DNA of 64,000 nt from Thecamonas trahens ATCC 50062 (taxonomy: Eukaryota; Protista; Apusomonadida), in contig NW_013657622.1 in assembly GCF_000142905.1 (NCBI RefSeq), positions 162,780-226,779 of the forward strand. The letters are read 5' to 3'. The translations under genes were made by a program, and so were the position numbers. Shown in pieces: positions 1-10,838 of the stretch. The stretch's first letter is position 1. Each line of letters begins with the position of its first letter. The notes below the pieces were generated by a model. That model made no database searches, had not been told where the DNA came from, and saw only the letters and a list, made by a program, of their open reading frames with translations.

Positions 1-3000
1 ATCGCCCTCGAATCCCTGCCTCCCGAGCCAACGCCAGAGGAGCTTGACACACACGATGGCGTGCTGCGGCATGTGGCTGCCTCGGAGATCCTGGCGGCCG
101 CCTTTGAGAGCCTTGCTGCTGCTCCCGACCTCGAACGCAAGTCATTCTCCAGCTCCAACAGGCTGTCGACCCCTGCCGGCTCGGTCGATCTCGGCGGCTC
201 GTCGGTTGCCGACGCTTCTCTTTGCGACTTTTACTCCACCACTCTTGTCGAGTACGGTCGGGCCCTGCTCGACGCCCACCGGACCTCGCTCTCCACGCGG
301 CTGATGGAGTCGTCGCCTGATCTCGCCCGCCCGCTCCTTGCCCGGTTCAGGCTCTCTCCGACGCGCTCGTCGCCTACCACAGCGGAATGGACGCGTCGAC
401 GCCGCTCACTACAGCATGGGCTCCGCTCGCCATTGCCTTTGGCGATCTCGAAGCGGTGCTCGTCACTCTTTCGACCTCGTCCGAGCTCTGCGCCGCACAC
501 GCCCGCAGACTCTCGTCCTCGCTCGCCGCTGTCGCCGACTCGGTTCTCGCTCGGCCTGGGACCCCGTCGCCGGCGGTCTCGGATGCCGAGCTTGAGCATA
601 TGAGCACGCTCTCAACACTCTGCGAGCATGCCCTCGCCGCTGCCCTTCTCAAGCCGGTCACCAAGATGGACTCGGCCATCGACTCGATGGGCACAGACAT
701 CTCCAAATTGCTTGTCGCCCAGTATGCTTTCAACGCCACGGAGACCAACGAGATCTCCTTTGAGGCCAACGAGGTCATTACCCTCATCTCAAAGGTTGAC
801 GAGCATTGGTGGATCGGCCAAAAGGCTTCTGGCGAGCGCGGCATGTTCCCCTCCGACTACACCGTGTGGTACAAGGACGCGCTTGCCGGCCTCGCCGCCG
901 ACGACGCCACCTCGGCACCTCTGCCGTCTGTTGGTCCGTCGCCGCGTCTTGCGGCCTCCATCTCTCACTCGCGTGTCGTCCATCCACCGACCCGCGCCGA
1001 TCCACACCTGCAGCTTCAGGCTGTCTCGATCGACGGCATCGATGTCGGATCCGGCGGCGAGGCCTTTGCTGTCCGCCTCATCGAGAGCGACACTAGCTCG
1101 GGTGCCCGGCTTGCGGCCTCGCGCCATGACATGATCGACAACGGCGACGGGACGTACGATCTTGATCTGGCGCCGCTCCTTGGCCACACCAGCTCATCGT
1201 ACACGGTCGAGGTCCAGCTCGACGGCACAACGCTTGAAGCACCCCACGCAACGGTTGTCCTTGCGCCGACTGCTCACGAGCTGTCGCCGCGACTCGAGGT
1301 TGTCTACTCGCAGATCAAGGATATGGCGACGCGGTTCTACAGCGAAAAGTACAAGGCGCTCAAGAAGGGAAGCGGGTCGAATCCCAAGACGCGACTGCTC
1401 CGCGATCCGGCCCGCGATGTGGCGTCGGTGCTCAACAAGCTCGGCTCGGCCAACGAGTCGCTTGCCAAGCTTGCCAAGGGCTGGACACGGCTCGACAGCG
1501 CTCTGGCTGCCTTTGCCGATGCTGCCGATGCCCTCGCCGCTGACACTGCCTCCGCCAACATTCCGCCGGTGTACGTACAGGGCGTGGCCGACTTTGCCAC
1601 CTCGGTCCGCGCTGCGTACACCAACCTGACCGCTGCCAATAGCGCCATGTTTGCCTCGAACGCTATCCCGCCGCTGCCGCTACAGGAGACCCATATGGAG
1701 GCCATGCTCTCGCTCGGGCGGCTGCTGCTCTCGATGGACGTCTCGCCGCTGCCGCGACCCGGTGAGAGCGCGCCGCGGCCGACGACCGAGCTCTCGCTGG
1801 CGATCCTTGACGCCTATCGCCACCTTGCTGACGTGGCGCGGGCGTTCCGCGGCGAGCTTGACGTCCACGGCGCGGCAGCAAGCGCTGCGTCAGACACGCT
1901 GGCCGAGGTGGTCAAGCGGCTGCGGGCGTGTGCCGCCAACTGCGCGCCCATTGCTTCAACTGACGGCAAGCCTGCAGCTGTTGCCTCAGCTTGGCCTGCC
2001 CTGGAGCACACCGTCACCGCCCTCGTTGACGCCGTGGATGCCGAGCCGCTGCTTGCCGACTACGCCGCGCCGGTCCGCGCCGCCTGGCACCGGCTCTCGG
2101 CCTCGTTTGGCGTCTATCACGCTGCAGCAGGCAGCGCTCCGCCACCCGAGGCCGTGCAGGCTGAACATGCCGCCGCCCTTACCTCGTGGGCTGACGTCCT
2201 TGTCTCAGCCGACCTTCCGGCATGGACGTCAGCTCTCGCACCGCCGGCCAGCGATCACGATGACGACGACCACGGCGACAACGGCGCTGCCGATAGCGAG
2301 ACGCCGCCTGCGGCCGAGGGTCATCCGGAGGTCCAGGTGCCTACGTCAATGGCAGAGCCCGTCAAGGGTGGCGATGACGAGGTGTTCAACGAGGCGCTGC
2401 CGTTTCTTGCGGTGGCGTACGAGGCGCTTGACGACGTGGCACTCGATGTGTACTCGCAGTACAAGGCGGCCAAGTCGTACGCGGACGACGCCGAGTCGGG
2501 CATTGACACCGAGGCGCTGGCGTTGGTCATCGGACCCATCCGCGAAGCGGCGTCGGTAACGCGCAAGTGCCTCAAAAAGTCAGCCGGCTCGTTCACCAAG
2601 CTTGAGCGCAAGTGGCCGCAGGCCGAGTCGGCGTACCTCGACCTCATTGACGCCATGCACGAGCTCGGAACCGGCTCGCTCCCGCAGATGGCCAACATGC
2701 TGCAGGCGGCGCTTGATCGGCTGGCGACGTCGGTGATGGACGTCACGTCGCGGCCGAGCTCGCTGGCCGAACAGCAGCGACACGCCCAGCTTCTCGAGGC
2801 GTTCGGCTCGTCGCTCTCCGAGTCTGCGGCAGGTGTGGTGGACCAGGTGTGCGCTGCGGTGCTGACGCCGAGGCACGGCGTGCCAGCGTCGTCGCCGGCA
2901 GAGTCACCACAGCCAGAGGCTCTGGCCGCGAGCACCGGCCTGCCGCCACCACCGCCACCGCTCACGACCGCGCCTGCAGCAGAGGCTGTTGTGGTGACAG

Positions 3001-5414
3001 CGGTGACAGTCGAGACGGACGAGGCAGATGGTGCGCCTAGCGTTTCCGGCGGGGCACTGCCACCGCCGCCACCGCCAATGGCCGCCACCGATCCGGCCGA
3101 TGGTCGCGATGGCGCTGGTGGCCAGAGTGCCGACGACGGCGATGGCATCCTGAGTGACGACCTCGATGACTTACTCGGTGACATCGAGATTGGGACCGAG
3201 GAGGAGGCTGCGCTGGCGGCGGAAGACTTTGATGCTCTGGTCAATGGCAACATCCAGCTGAGCGAAGATGCGGAAGAGGTTGCGGGGATCAGGACGGACG
3301 GCAAGAGCGGCGACGAGCTCGGCCTGCTGCTGGAGACTGGAGACGAGCTGGGTCTCCTCGAGTCTGATGGGATTCTGGAGTTTGGTCTCAGCACCGGCGG
3401 CGGAAGCGACGACGTCGTGCTTGTGTCGGACGCCGTGCTCGACGAGCTCTCGCAGCTTGATGGGATGGACGCAGCCGGGCTTGATGCGCAAATTCGGCTG
3501 CTGGAGTACAAGCCGCCGTCTGAAGTCCAGACATTGTTCCCAGAGGAGGACGACTACTTTGCGACAACGCAGCTGCCTTTCTATGCGGCGCGGGCGTTGC
3601 TCTTCCTCCGGCACAATGACGAGTGGCGAGTGCTTCTGCGGCACGTGGCGCATACCCGGGCCTTTGTGCTCTTCCTCAAGTTTGTTGTGGGTGTGCCTGT
3701 GCCTGTGATGGGCCGGCTGGTGATGCGCGGCGACGTGCCTGTTGACTTTGTGATGTTTGAGCTTGGACGAGCGATGTCAAACGGCGAGCTGAAGCTGCTT
3801 GCCGGCTCGACGTTGGAGGAGATCTTTGCGGCGTATGTGCGGGCGTCGCCAGAGCACAGCGACCCGCTGGGGCGACCAAGGCTTGCCGTCAAGTGCGCAC
3901 GGAGCTTTTGGCGGCGGGCGCGAGCTGTAGTGGCGGGACGGGCAGCATCGCTGCTGCGCAGCCGCGGCGACGGGCGCGACGCGAACCACGCAACGTCGTG
4001 GGCGTTGCCGCGGCCGGTCCGCGAGATCCACGGACATGCGAGCGAACAGGCGCGACAGAGACTGGCGGAGACGGAGCGCGAGCGTGTGGTGCTCCAGGAG
4101 AGCGTGGCGGGCCGGACGATGGCGACAGAGTCTGAGGCATCGTTTGCGGCGTCGCAGTCTGCGCTAGATCCTGTCCACGACGCCGAGGCCAAGCGCGGGC
4201 TGGCGGGTGCCCTGGCGTCTGTCCGTCGGGAGACCGGGTTTGCGGGCAAGGTGCGGACGATTGACAACGAGTTTGGCGAGCCGCTGCCGTCGCTTGTGCA
4301 GCCGTCGAGCGAAACGTTGCTCCACCTGCTACAGGTGCCCAGCGAGGAAGTGGAGGAGGCCGCGCTGGAGCGGATGGTGGCGACAAAGCCGAGCGGCGTC
4401 GAGGCGGATGCGGCTGAGGCTGCTGATGGCATGCAGTGGTTCCCAGTGAGCAAGGCGCTAGAGCTCCTCGAGCTGCGGGGCAAGACGGCGGCGGACGATC
4501 TTGAGTCGCTGATGCTGGCGGACTCGCTTATCTCGTCGCTGGATAGCGATGCGGTTGTGGCGGCGCTCCCGTCGTCGCCGGAGCTGCTTTCGTTTACGGT
4601 CCGCGGGATGGCTGCAGTGGCGGCCGAGTTTGCAAACGCTGTGGGGAGCGGGAAGTACCTGTACGGAACGTGTTTCAAGTACACACTGGAGGCGCTGGGT
4701 ACTGCGCCGCGTGCGGAGGTCTCGCGGAGCGAGCTTGTAGGAGGTGACGAGAGCGAGTCTGTCATTTCTGGCGGCGACGGGCTCACGCGGCGGTTTGCGG
4801 TGAGCGTGAGCTGGTCGCCGGCCAAGTCGACGTCGAAGCTTGTGCTGCAGCGGGTGAGCGATGGGCGACTGTTTGGGTGCGGGGCGCGGCTTGTGGGTCG
4901 CGAGCTTGTGCGGCTGAGCGGGGCGGGCGCGTCGCCGCATGCGCCGCTGAAGCTGATGGCGCTTGCGCTGGTCACGCTCGCGATGGACTACCGGTTTCTG
5001 GTGTGGCGCGGGTCTGCTGCACGGACGGCGGCGATGCCGCATCACCCGCCAAACACATTGCCATGGAGTGAGGGCCGGAGCGCGAGCGACGCGCACAAGG
5101 TGCTTAAGGGCGGGCTCGGGCGGTGGATCAAGTTGCAGGCGGCGATGCACTTTGGGGCTGCGGCGCCGGTGGCACCGCCTCGGCTCGGCCTGGTCCAGGC
5201 GCAGGCAGCGCGGGCGGCACGCAAGGCGCGGGCGGCGCTGCGGCGCAAGGCTGTCCGCAGACGCAAGACCAAGTGGCACAAGTACTGGCAGCACAGCGGG
5301 ATCGAGCCGCGAGCGGATGCCAACCTCGATGCGCTGGACGAGGCGCTCGGCGGCGAGGGCGGCGACGAGTCGAGCCTGGATGACTCTGAGCTTGCCGATG
5401 ATGAGTGGGAGTAA
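1..5414 (+). CDS. Large multidomain protein (5' truncated): helical N-terminus, SH3 domain, filamin/Ig-like repeat, helical and Pro/acidic regions
   Basis: SH3 motif AQYAFNATETNEISFEANEVITLISKVDEHWWIG..GERGMFPSDY (~714-865). Filamin-like IDNGDGTYDL..YTVEVQLDG (~1130-1230). ORF 61..603 joins ORF 387..5414 through a 1-nt frameshift near 348. Confidence 0.75.
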
Positions 5415-5471
5415 AGCAGAGGGCAGCCAGGCAGGCCAAGTTTACCGCTCGAGCAATGCGTGTGCTCTGCA

Positions 5472-6047
5472 TCAGTTTGCCACGTGATCAAAGTAGGCGT
5501 CGCAGCCAGATGCGCATGCGCGAGCGCACTTGTGCGGCTCTGTGGAGCCGCGGAGCTCTTCGGAGACGTCACAGGAGACGGAGCAGACTTCGTAGCAGCC
5601 CTCGCGCATGGCGTGGATGATCTTGTTCATCTGGGCCTGAATGGCATCTGTCTCTTCCCCATTGTACACGATGGCATCGTTGTCAGGCGAGGCGATGTCG
5701 AGGACGGCCTTGAGCGAGTCCTCGGTCATGTACGACGACGGCCGTGCGGCGAGAGTGCAGCCTGCCATACAGGCGACCTTGAATTGTGCCATCTTCTCGT
5801 AGTGCTTGCCCTTGCCCCGCGCGCCTCGCATCAGCCGTTGCATGTATCTGTGATGAGGCGGTGTGAGTGTGAGTGTGAGTGTGAGTGTGAGTGTGAGTGT
5901 GAGTGTGAGTGTGAGTGTGAGTGTGATGAGTGCGGTGATGGTGATGGTGGTGGGTGGTGGTGGTCCGTACCGAGAGGGATTGCAGGTGAGGGCACATTGC
6001 TCACGCAGCAGAGCAGCAGCAATGTTATGGTCGAGCTCAGTAGCCAT
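5472..6047 (-). CDS. Small Cys-rich hypothetical protein with repeated CxxxC motifs; one intron 5848-5970
   Basis: A GTACGG...CACAG intron (123 nt, filled with (CACACT)n) removes the TL-repeat and gives MATELDH..CALTCNPSR/YMQR..CMAGC..CYEVC..CARACASGC. Confidence 0.6.
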   Translation of the reverse strand: MATELDHNIAAALLREQCALTCNPSRYGPPPPTTITITALITLTLTLTLTLTLTLTLTLTLTPPHHRYMQRLMRGARGKGKHYEKMAQFKVACMAGCTLAARPSSYMTEDSLKAVLDIASPDNDAIVYNGEETDAIQAQMNKIIHAMREGCYEVCSVSCDVSEELRGSTEPHKCARACASGCDAYFDHVAN

Positions 6048-6220
6048 GGCAGTATGTCAGAGGAGTGTGTGGCCTTGGCCTTGGTTTTGTTCTCTGTCAA
6101 AGTGGTTGAAATGGAATGTCAGGCAAGCGAACAGTGCCGCCGCGGGCAGGAGGCTGCCGTTGGCCAGGCGGCTGCTCGTGGCTGGCGTCGGATAGCACCT
6201 GCGCGTGCTTGGGGGTCGGC

Positions 6221-6353
6221 GGTCCGATTGCGTCTGCGCAGAAGATGGGTAGCACAATCTGCACGTATGTGCCCTGGTCCGATTGCGTCTGCGCAGAAGA
6301 TGGGTAGCACAATCTGCACGTATGTGCCCTGGTCCGATTGCGTCTGCGCAGAA
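6221..6353. repeat. 55-bp tandem repeat, ~2.4 copies, in a divergent intergenic region
   Basis: The unit ggtccgattgcgtctgcgcagaagatgggtagcacaatctgcacgtatgtgccct starts at 6221, 6276 and 6331. Confidence 0.95.
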
Positions 6354-6498
6354 ATCTCATTCCAAGCCACGCCCCACCTCCAGCGAACAACGGCAGAACC
6401 CTCTCCCCTTTCCACCCTCTCCACACCATTTCCTTCCACTGCACTCCCACCACTCTCCCCCCCTCCCCTCCCCCTCCCCCTCCCCCCTCCCATCTGCA

Positions 6499-8595
6499 AT
6501 GGTGTTCGGGTATGTCCCCCTTTCTCCCCCCTCCCCCTCCCCCTTCTCCCCCCTATCCTCCCCTTCCCCCTCCCCTGTCCCCACTCACACCCGCATTGCT
6601 CCCCCCCCCCCCCCCCGTCCCCACTACAGACGCAAGAAGAAGAAGCAGAGCCAGAAGAAGAAGAAGAAGAACAAGAGGAGGAGGAGCAAGGGAAGTTCAT
6701 CGAGCTCATCGTATGGATCTGGATCTGGATCTGTTCCACCGCCTGCGGCTGATCCCTTGGCTTTGAGGTATGCTCGTGGTTCGCTCGTCCTCAAGCGCAT
6801 TCTCTCAAAGCAGCAGTATGGCATTGATGATCAAGCGCTGGTGCTTGAGGAGATGGACTCGGAGGAGGAGTACTCGTCATCGAGTGGTGGCAAGGGCAAG
6901 AAGAGCAAGAAGAGCAAGAAGAGCAAGAAGGGCAAGAAGGGCAAGGGCCACCACGACAAGATCGGTAACTTTGCCAAGGCCAACCGCAAGGTCAACCTGA
7001 GACTACTCCCACGGGAAGATGCCGTGTGTCATGCTGTGGTGGAGACCTTCAAGTCCTCGCTTCCCTCGATTCGGGTCGATGCTGTGGTGGATGTCGACTC
7101 GCCGGCGGTGAGGAAGTTTGCTCGGGCAAAGGACAAAGTGGCGAAGAAGCGCCCGCTCCTCGCCCGCAACAACCTCATTGTCCGCAGACTCTTCTTTGGT
7201 GCCAGGCCTGCCTGCCGCTTCTCGCTCGGCGGTGAGCTCGAGCTTTGCTCGCTCACGGGCTGCCAGCTCTGCGCCGTTCTTCGCGGCAACGGCTACCCAG
7301 TGTCTGCCATCGAGGCACCGGTCGGCGTCGAGGCGTCTGGCAGCAGCTCCGCTTCCGACGACGGCCACACTGGCATTATCTTTTCCACTACCGCCGAGGA
7401 CGCCGCCCGCATGGCTGCCGCTGATGCGTCGGTGCTGGGCAAGACCGGGCGTGTGGCGGTTGTCTCATGCCTCGTTGTCGTCGGCGAGTCCAAGAGCGTG
7501 TGGTCCGCAGACGAGGTCGACTCCGTCCCGCCAAAGGGCTTTGACTCGGTGACACAAGAGCCTGCCGACGCCGAGCACTTTGCAGGCAGCTACACGGTGC
7601 AGCGAGTGGTTGTCGGCTCTGCCGATGCGGCCATGCCTGTCCAAGTCGTTGTCTTTGGCGGCCAGCACGGTCTCGAGCTGTGTGCGGCGTGCGGGCGGTC
7701 GTGCGCCATCCTCGAGACCCAAGACGCAGTCGTCAGTGGCGAGTACGGCAAGTTCTGCTCGGCCGATTGCGAGGCGAGCTTGGTGGCCATGATCGACACC
7801 GTCGAGGCCCGCATGACCCAGACCGACACCAAGCTCAAAGTCCCTGCCCACTGGTCGGTGACGACGGCGGTCAAGGGCTCCGACTCGAGCTCGGCATCCG
7901 AGTCCGAGGAGAACGACTGCGACCTCATCGACGTCGCCGGCTCGGTCGAGGCCGCAGTCCTCTACAAGAAGCTCTCCGAGACGCTCGAGGGCGTCACGTT
8001 CCAGGGCATCTACCGGATCCAGTCGCCGCACCTCCACGCCATGTACCGGCGCCAGCTCAAGACGATGACCAAGACTGCCGCCGACGGCGACGTCGACGAG
8101 CTGCTCCTCTTCTCGGGCTGCCACGGCCTCGCGCCCGACGAGATCTACAACTCGCTTGACGGCTTTGACTTTAAGCTCGTCTCGGGCGACCTCGGGCGCG
8201 CCTGGCACTTTGGTCCGGCCTCGTTTGCAGACAGGGCCGCCATGCGTGAGGCCAACGGCTTCCGCACCATCCTCGTAGCCAAGGTCGCGCTTGGTGCCTG
8301 CGGCGACGTCACAGTCGACCCGTACCGCAAGCTCCCGCCGCTGATGGAGAACCCGGACGTGGTCGGCGAGGCCAAGGTCAAGTCCAAGGGCTCCAGCTCC
8401 AAGAAGGGCAAAGCCAAAAAGTCCAAGAAGGGCAAGACCGTCAAGCGCCGCTACGACACCATCACTGCCGCCGTCGGTGAGGAGAAGCTCTACGCCATGT
8501 TCACCAACAAGAACGCGTACCCGGCGTATGTCATCACCTACACCGCCCCCGACAACGACAAATACGCCCCGAACTCCATCCAATCCGACTGGTAG
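6499..8595 (+). CDS. Protein with two PARP/ADP-ribosyltransferase-like domains separated by a small Cys4 finger; catalytic residues degenerate; intron 6510-6629
   Basis: Domain 1: RRLFFG..CSLTGCQLCAVL..GIIFS..CLVVVG..PPKGFDSV. Domain 2: IYRIQSP..ELLLFSG..GFD..ILVAKVALG..YDTI..YPAYVITY. Lys-rich NLS-like tracts. The GTATGT..TACAG intron gives MVFG/RKKK. Confidence 0.75.
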   Translation: MVFGYVPLSPPSPSPFSPLSSPSPSPVPTHTRIAPPPPPRPHYRRKKKKQSQKKKKKNKRRRSKGSSSSSSYGSGSGSVPPPAADPLALRYARGSLVLKRILSKQQYGIDDQALVLEEMDSEEEYSSSSGGKGKKSKKSKKSKKGKKGKGHHDKIGNFAKANRKVNLRLLPREDAVCHAVVETFKSSLPSIRVDAVVDVDSPAVRKFARAKDKVAKKRPLLARNNLIVRRLFFGARPACRFSLGGELELCSLTGCQLCAVLRGNGYPVSAIEAPVGVEASGSSSASDDGHTGIIFSTTAEDAARMAAADASVLGKTGRVAVVSCLVVVGESKSVWSADEVDSVPPKGFDSVTQEPADAEHFAGSYTVQRVVVGSADAAMPVQVVVFGGQHGLELCAACGRSCAILETQDAVVSGEYGKFCSADCEASLVAMIDTVEARMTQTDTKLKVPAHWSVTTAVKGSDSSSASESEENDCDLIDVAGSVEAAVLYKKLSETLEGVTFQGIYRIQSPHLHAMYRRQLKTMTKTAADGDVDELLLFSGCHGLAPDEIYNSLDGFDFKLVSGDLGRAWHFGPASFADRAAMREANGFRTILVAKVALGACGDVTVDPYRKLPPLMENPDVVGEAKVKSKGSSSKKGKAKKSKKGKTVKRRYDTITAAVGEEKLYAMFTNKNAYPAYVITYTAPDNDKYAPNSIQSDW

Positions 8596-8849
8596 TACAG
8601 GTAGATCAGCTCGCCCGCGACCCCCTCCCCCCACATAAACCAAGATTGCAGCCGAGATCGCCGTCCGCACTCCAGCTTACGCCTCAACGCCCACTGATCC
8701 TCACCCATGCCGCCTGCCCGCCCACCCACCCAACCACCAGCCGGCCCGTCCGTCCGTCGCCCGTCCGTCCGTCGCCCGTCCGTCCGTCGCCCGTCCGGCG
8801 GCTCAACTCCCATGCCCCACGCCACCCAACCACCCACCACCCCTCTCTC

Positions 8850-10438
8850 ATGACCTGGATAACCCGACGCAGCGCATGCCAATGCAGCGTACGCCCGTCT
8901 TCCCCTCTCCTCTCCTCCCCGCCCCTCCCCCCTCCCCCCTCCTTCCTTTTTACTCACAGTGCCCTTGGTCTGCCGCGTCCTCCCCCCCCCCCCCCCCCCC
9001 CCCCTCCGGCTGACTGGCTGACTGGTTGACTGGCTGACTGTAGGTGGTGGTGGTGATACTGGTGGTGGTGGTGGGGCCTCAGCTGCTGAACACGTGGCAA
9101 AGACCGTCTGTTCGGAGATCTTTTTCTGCATGCATGCATGAACGGGCACACCCTTTGGAGGCGTTTTCACGGATCGGGCAATTGGCTGATTCAGAGAAAT
9201 TGGCTCAGGCTTTGCATGGTTACGCTATGCTCCATCACAAGATCGTGGAGCCAGAGTCGGGCATGGCCAACTCGGAGAGGAAAACCCTCATCTACCGCGC
9301 AAGAGCTGGCCTCGGCAACCGCATGCTCTCCTCGGTCTCGGCTCTGTTGCTAGCTATGCTGACAGATCGGGCTCTGTTGGTGGAGTGGCCCGATGTTAAC
9401 GTTCACGACGTCTTCTGCGAGCCGCCAGGCATCGATTGGGACTACATCTTGTGGAGGGAGGAGATGGAGGCAAAGGGTCTGGGTGGCTACAACACTTGGC
9501 TTCCGCACAGGCTCTGCCTCGTCGACGACATCTGTCTCTACCCACCTGGAGACTCGACCGGATCGCTGACAATCAATGGCGCTGCCGGCGAGACGCCGGT
9601 CTTGGCTGACCTCGTGTGTGGCGACATCGAGCAGGCGCTCACTCACCAGCACGTCTTCCTCACCTCGACCCAGTACTTTGTGCCACTGCTCTTTGCCAAC
9701 CCGGTCTACGCAGCTAAGCTCAATGACTGGTTCCCCAACGGCCGCATCGCGCACGCACTTTTGCACTACCTCTTTCAGCCGGTGGATCCGGTCACGGCTG
9801 CCGTCGACGCCTTTGTCGCCGACGCCTTTGTTCCGGGCAACACTGTCGGGCTTCAGATTCGCTCGGCACCCATCTTTTACTTTATGCCGGGCCTGTACTC
9901 GTCCAAGGACGACGCGGCAGCGTCGATCACTGCAACGATGGCCACCTGCGTCGACGAGGTCCTTCCCACCGCGTCTGAGCCGATTGTGGCCGATCCAGCC
10001 ACCGCCAAGCTCATGGTCGCCTCGATGCACGCCGATGCCAAGCGGTCGCTCGTGGACAAGTATGGAGACCGAGTGGTACTCTACGGCGGCGCGACGGCCA
10101 AGGGCGACGACCTCTCGGTCGGGGACACCCGCGAGGCGCTGGTCGACATCCTCCTCCTCGCGCGCACCGATGCGCTCGTCGCCTCGCCGCTCTCGACCTT
10201 TGCGTACACCGCTGCCGCCATCGGTCGCATCAAACCCATCAACATCCACGTTGACGTCCCGTCACCTTGGAGCGACGACTCCATTCTCGAGCCCATCTGC
10301 CGGCTCCCGCCTGCCAACGAGCCGTTCCCGGAGCCGTGCCTCCACGCCAACACCTCGTTTGACATGGCCATCCCCATGCCGACCTGCCCGCAAGCGCCAC
10401 TCCCGGCCTTCCTCCTCCGCGCCCCCGGCCTCTGCTGA
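8850..10438 (+). CDS. GT37-like (xyloglucan fucosyltransferase family) alpha-fucosyltransferase, type II membrane; probable intron 8889-9043
   Basis: Motifs GLGNRMLSSVSALLLAMLTDRALLV, YFVPLLFANP..LLHYLFQP, VGLQIR, EALVDILLLARTDALVASPLSTFAYTA..KP and EPCLH match plant FUT1-type motifs. Hydrophobic anchor VVVVILVVVV follows a phase-0 splice. The first exon is tentative. Confidence 0.8.
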
Positions 10439-10838
10439 TCGCCACCGTAGCATTTGCTTCAGAGATGCGCACTGATCGCGCACTGATTGTAAAGTCACCG
10501 ACGGCGTCCTTCTTGCTTGCCGGCCACCAGGGTGACGGACGGCCACTCGACCCGGCACTGGTATGCCTTGATATGGCACATCACATCCTTATCCACCCCA
10601 AGCACCAAGCTCATACCAACACAAGCCAGCAGCAACTACTTTAGCAATATCTCAAATTCTTTCTTTCATTGTCCGCCACCATCGCCGTATCGCCGCCGCC
10701 CAAAGTCTGCCGGCTGTCCGCGGTTTCGTGGCTCGCCGCCCCCCCGCCGGCCTGCCGCCCGACCAACTGGCACTCGGCCAAAGTGAGAGGCACCCGTCGC
10801 GAGTGTGTAGACAGGGAGGAGGAAGGGGGAAGCAGGGA

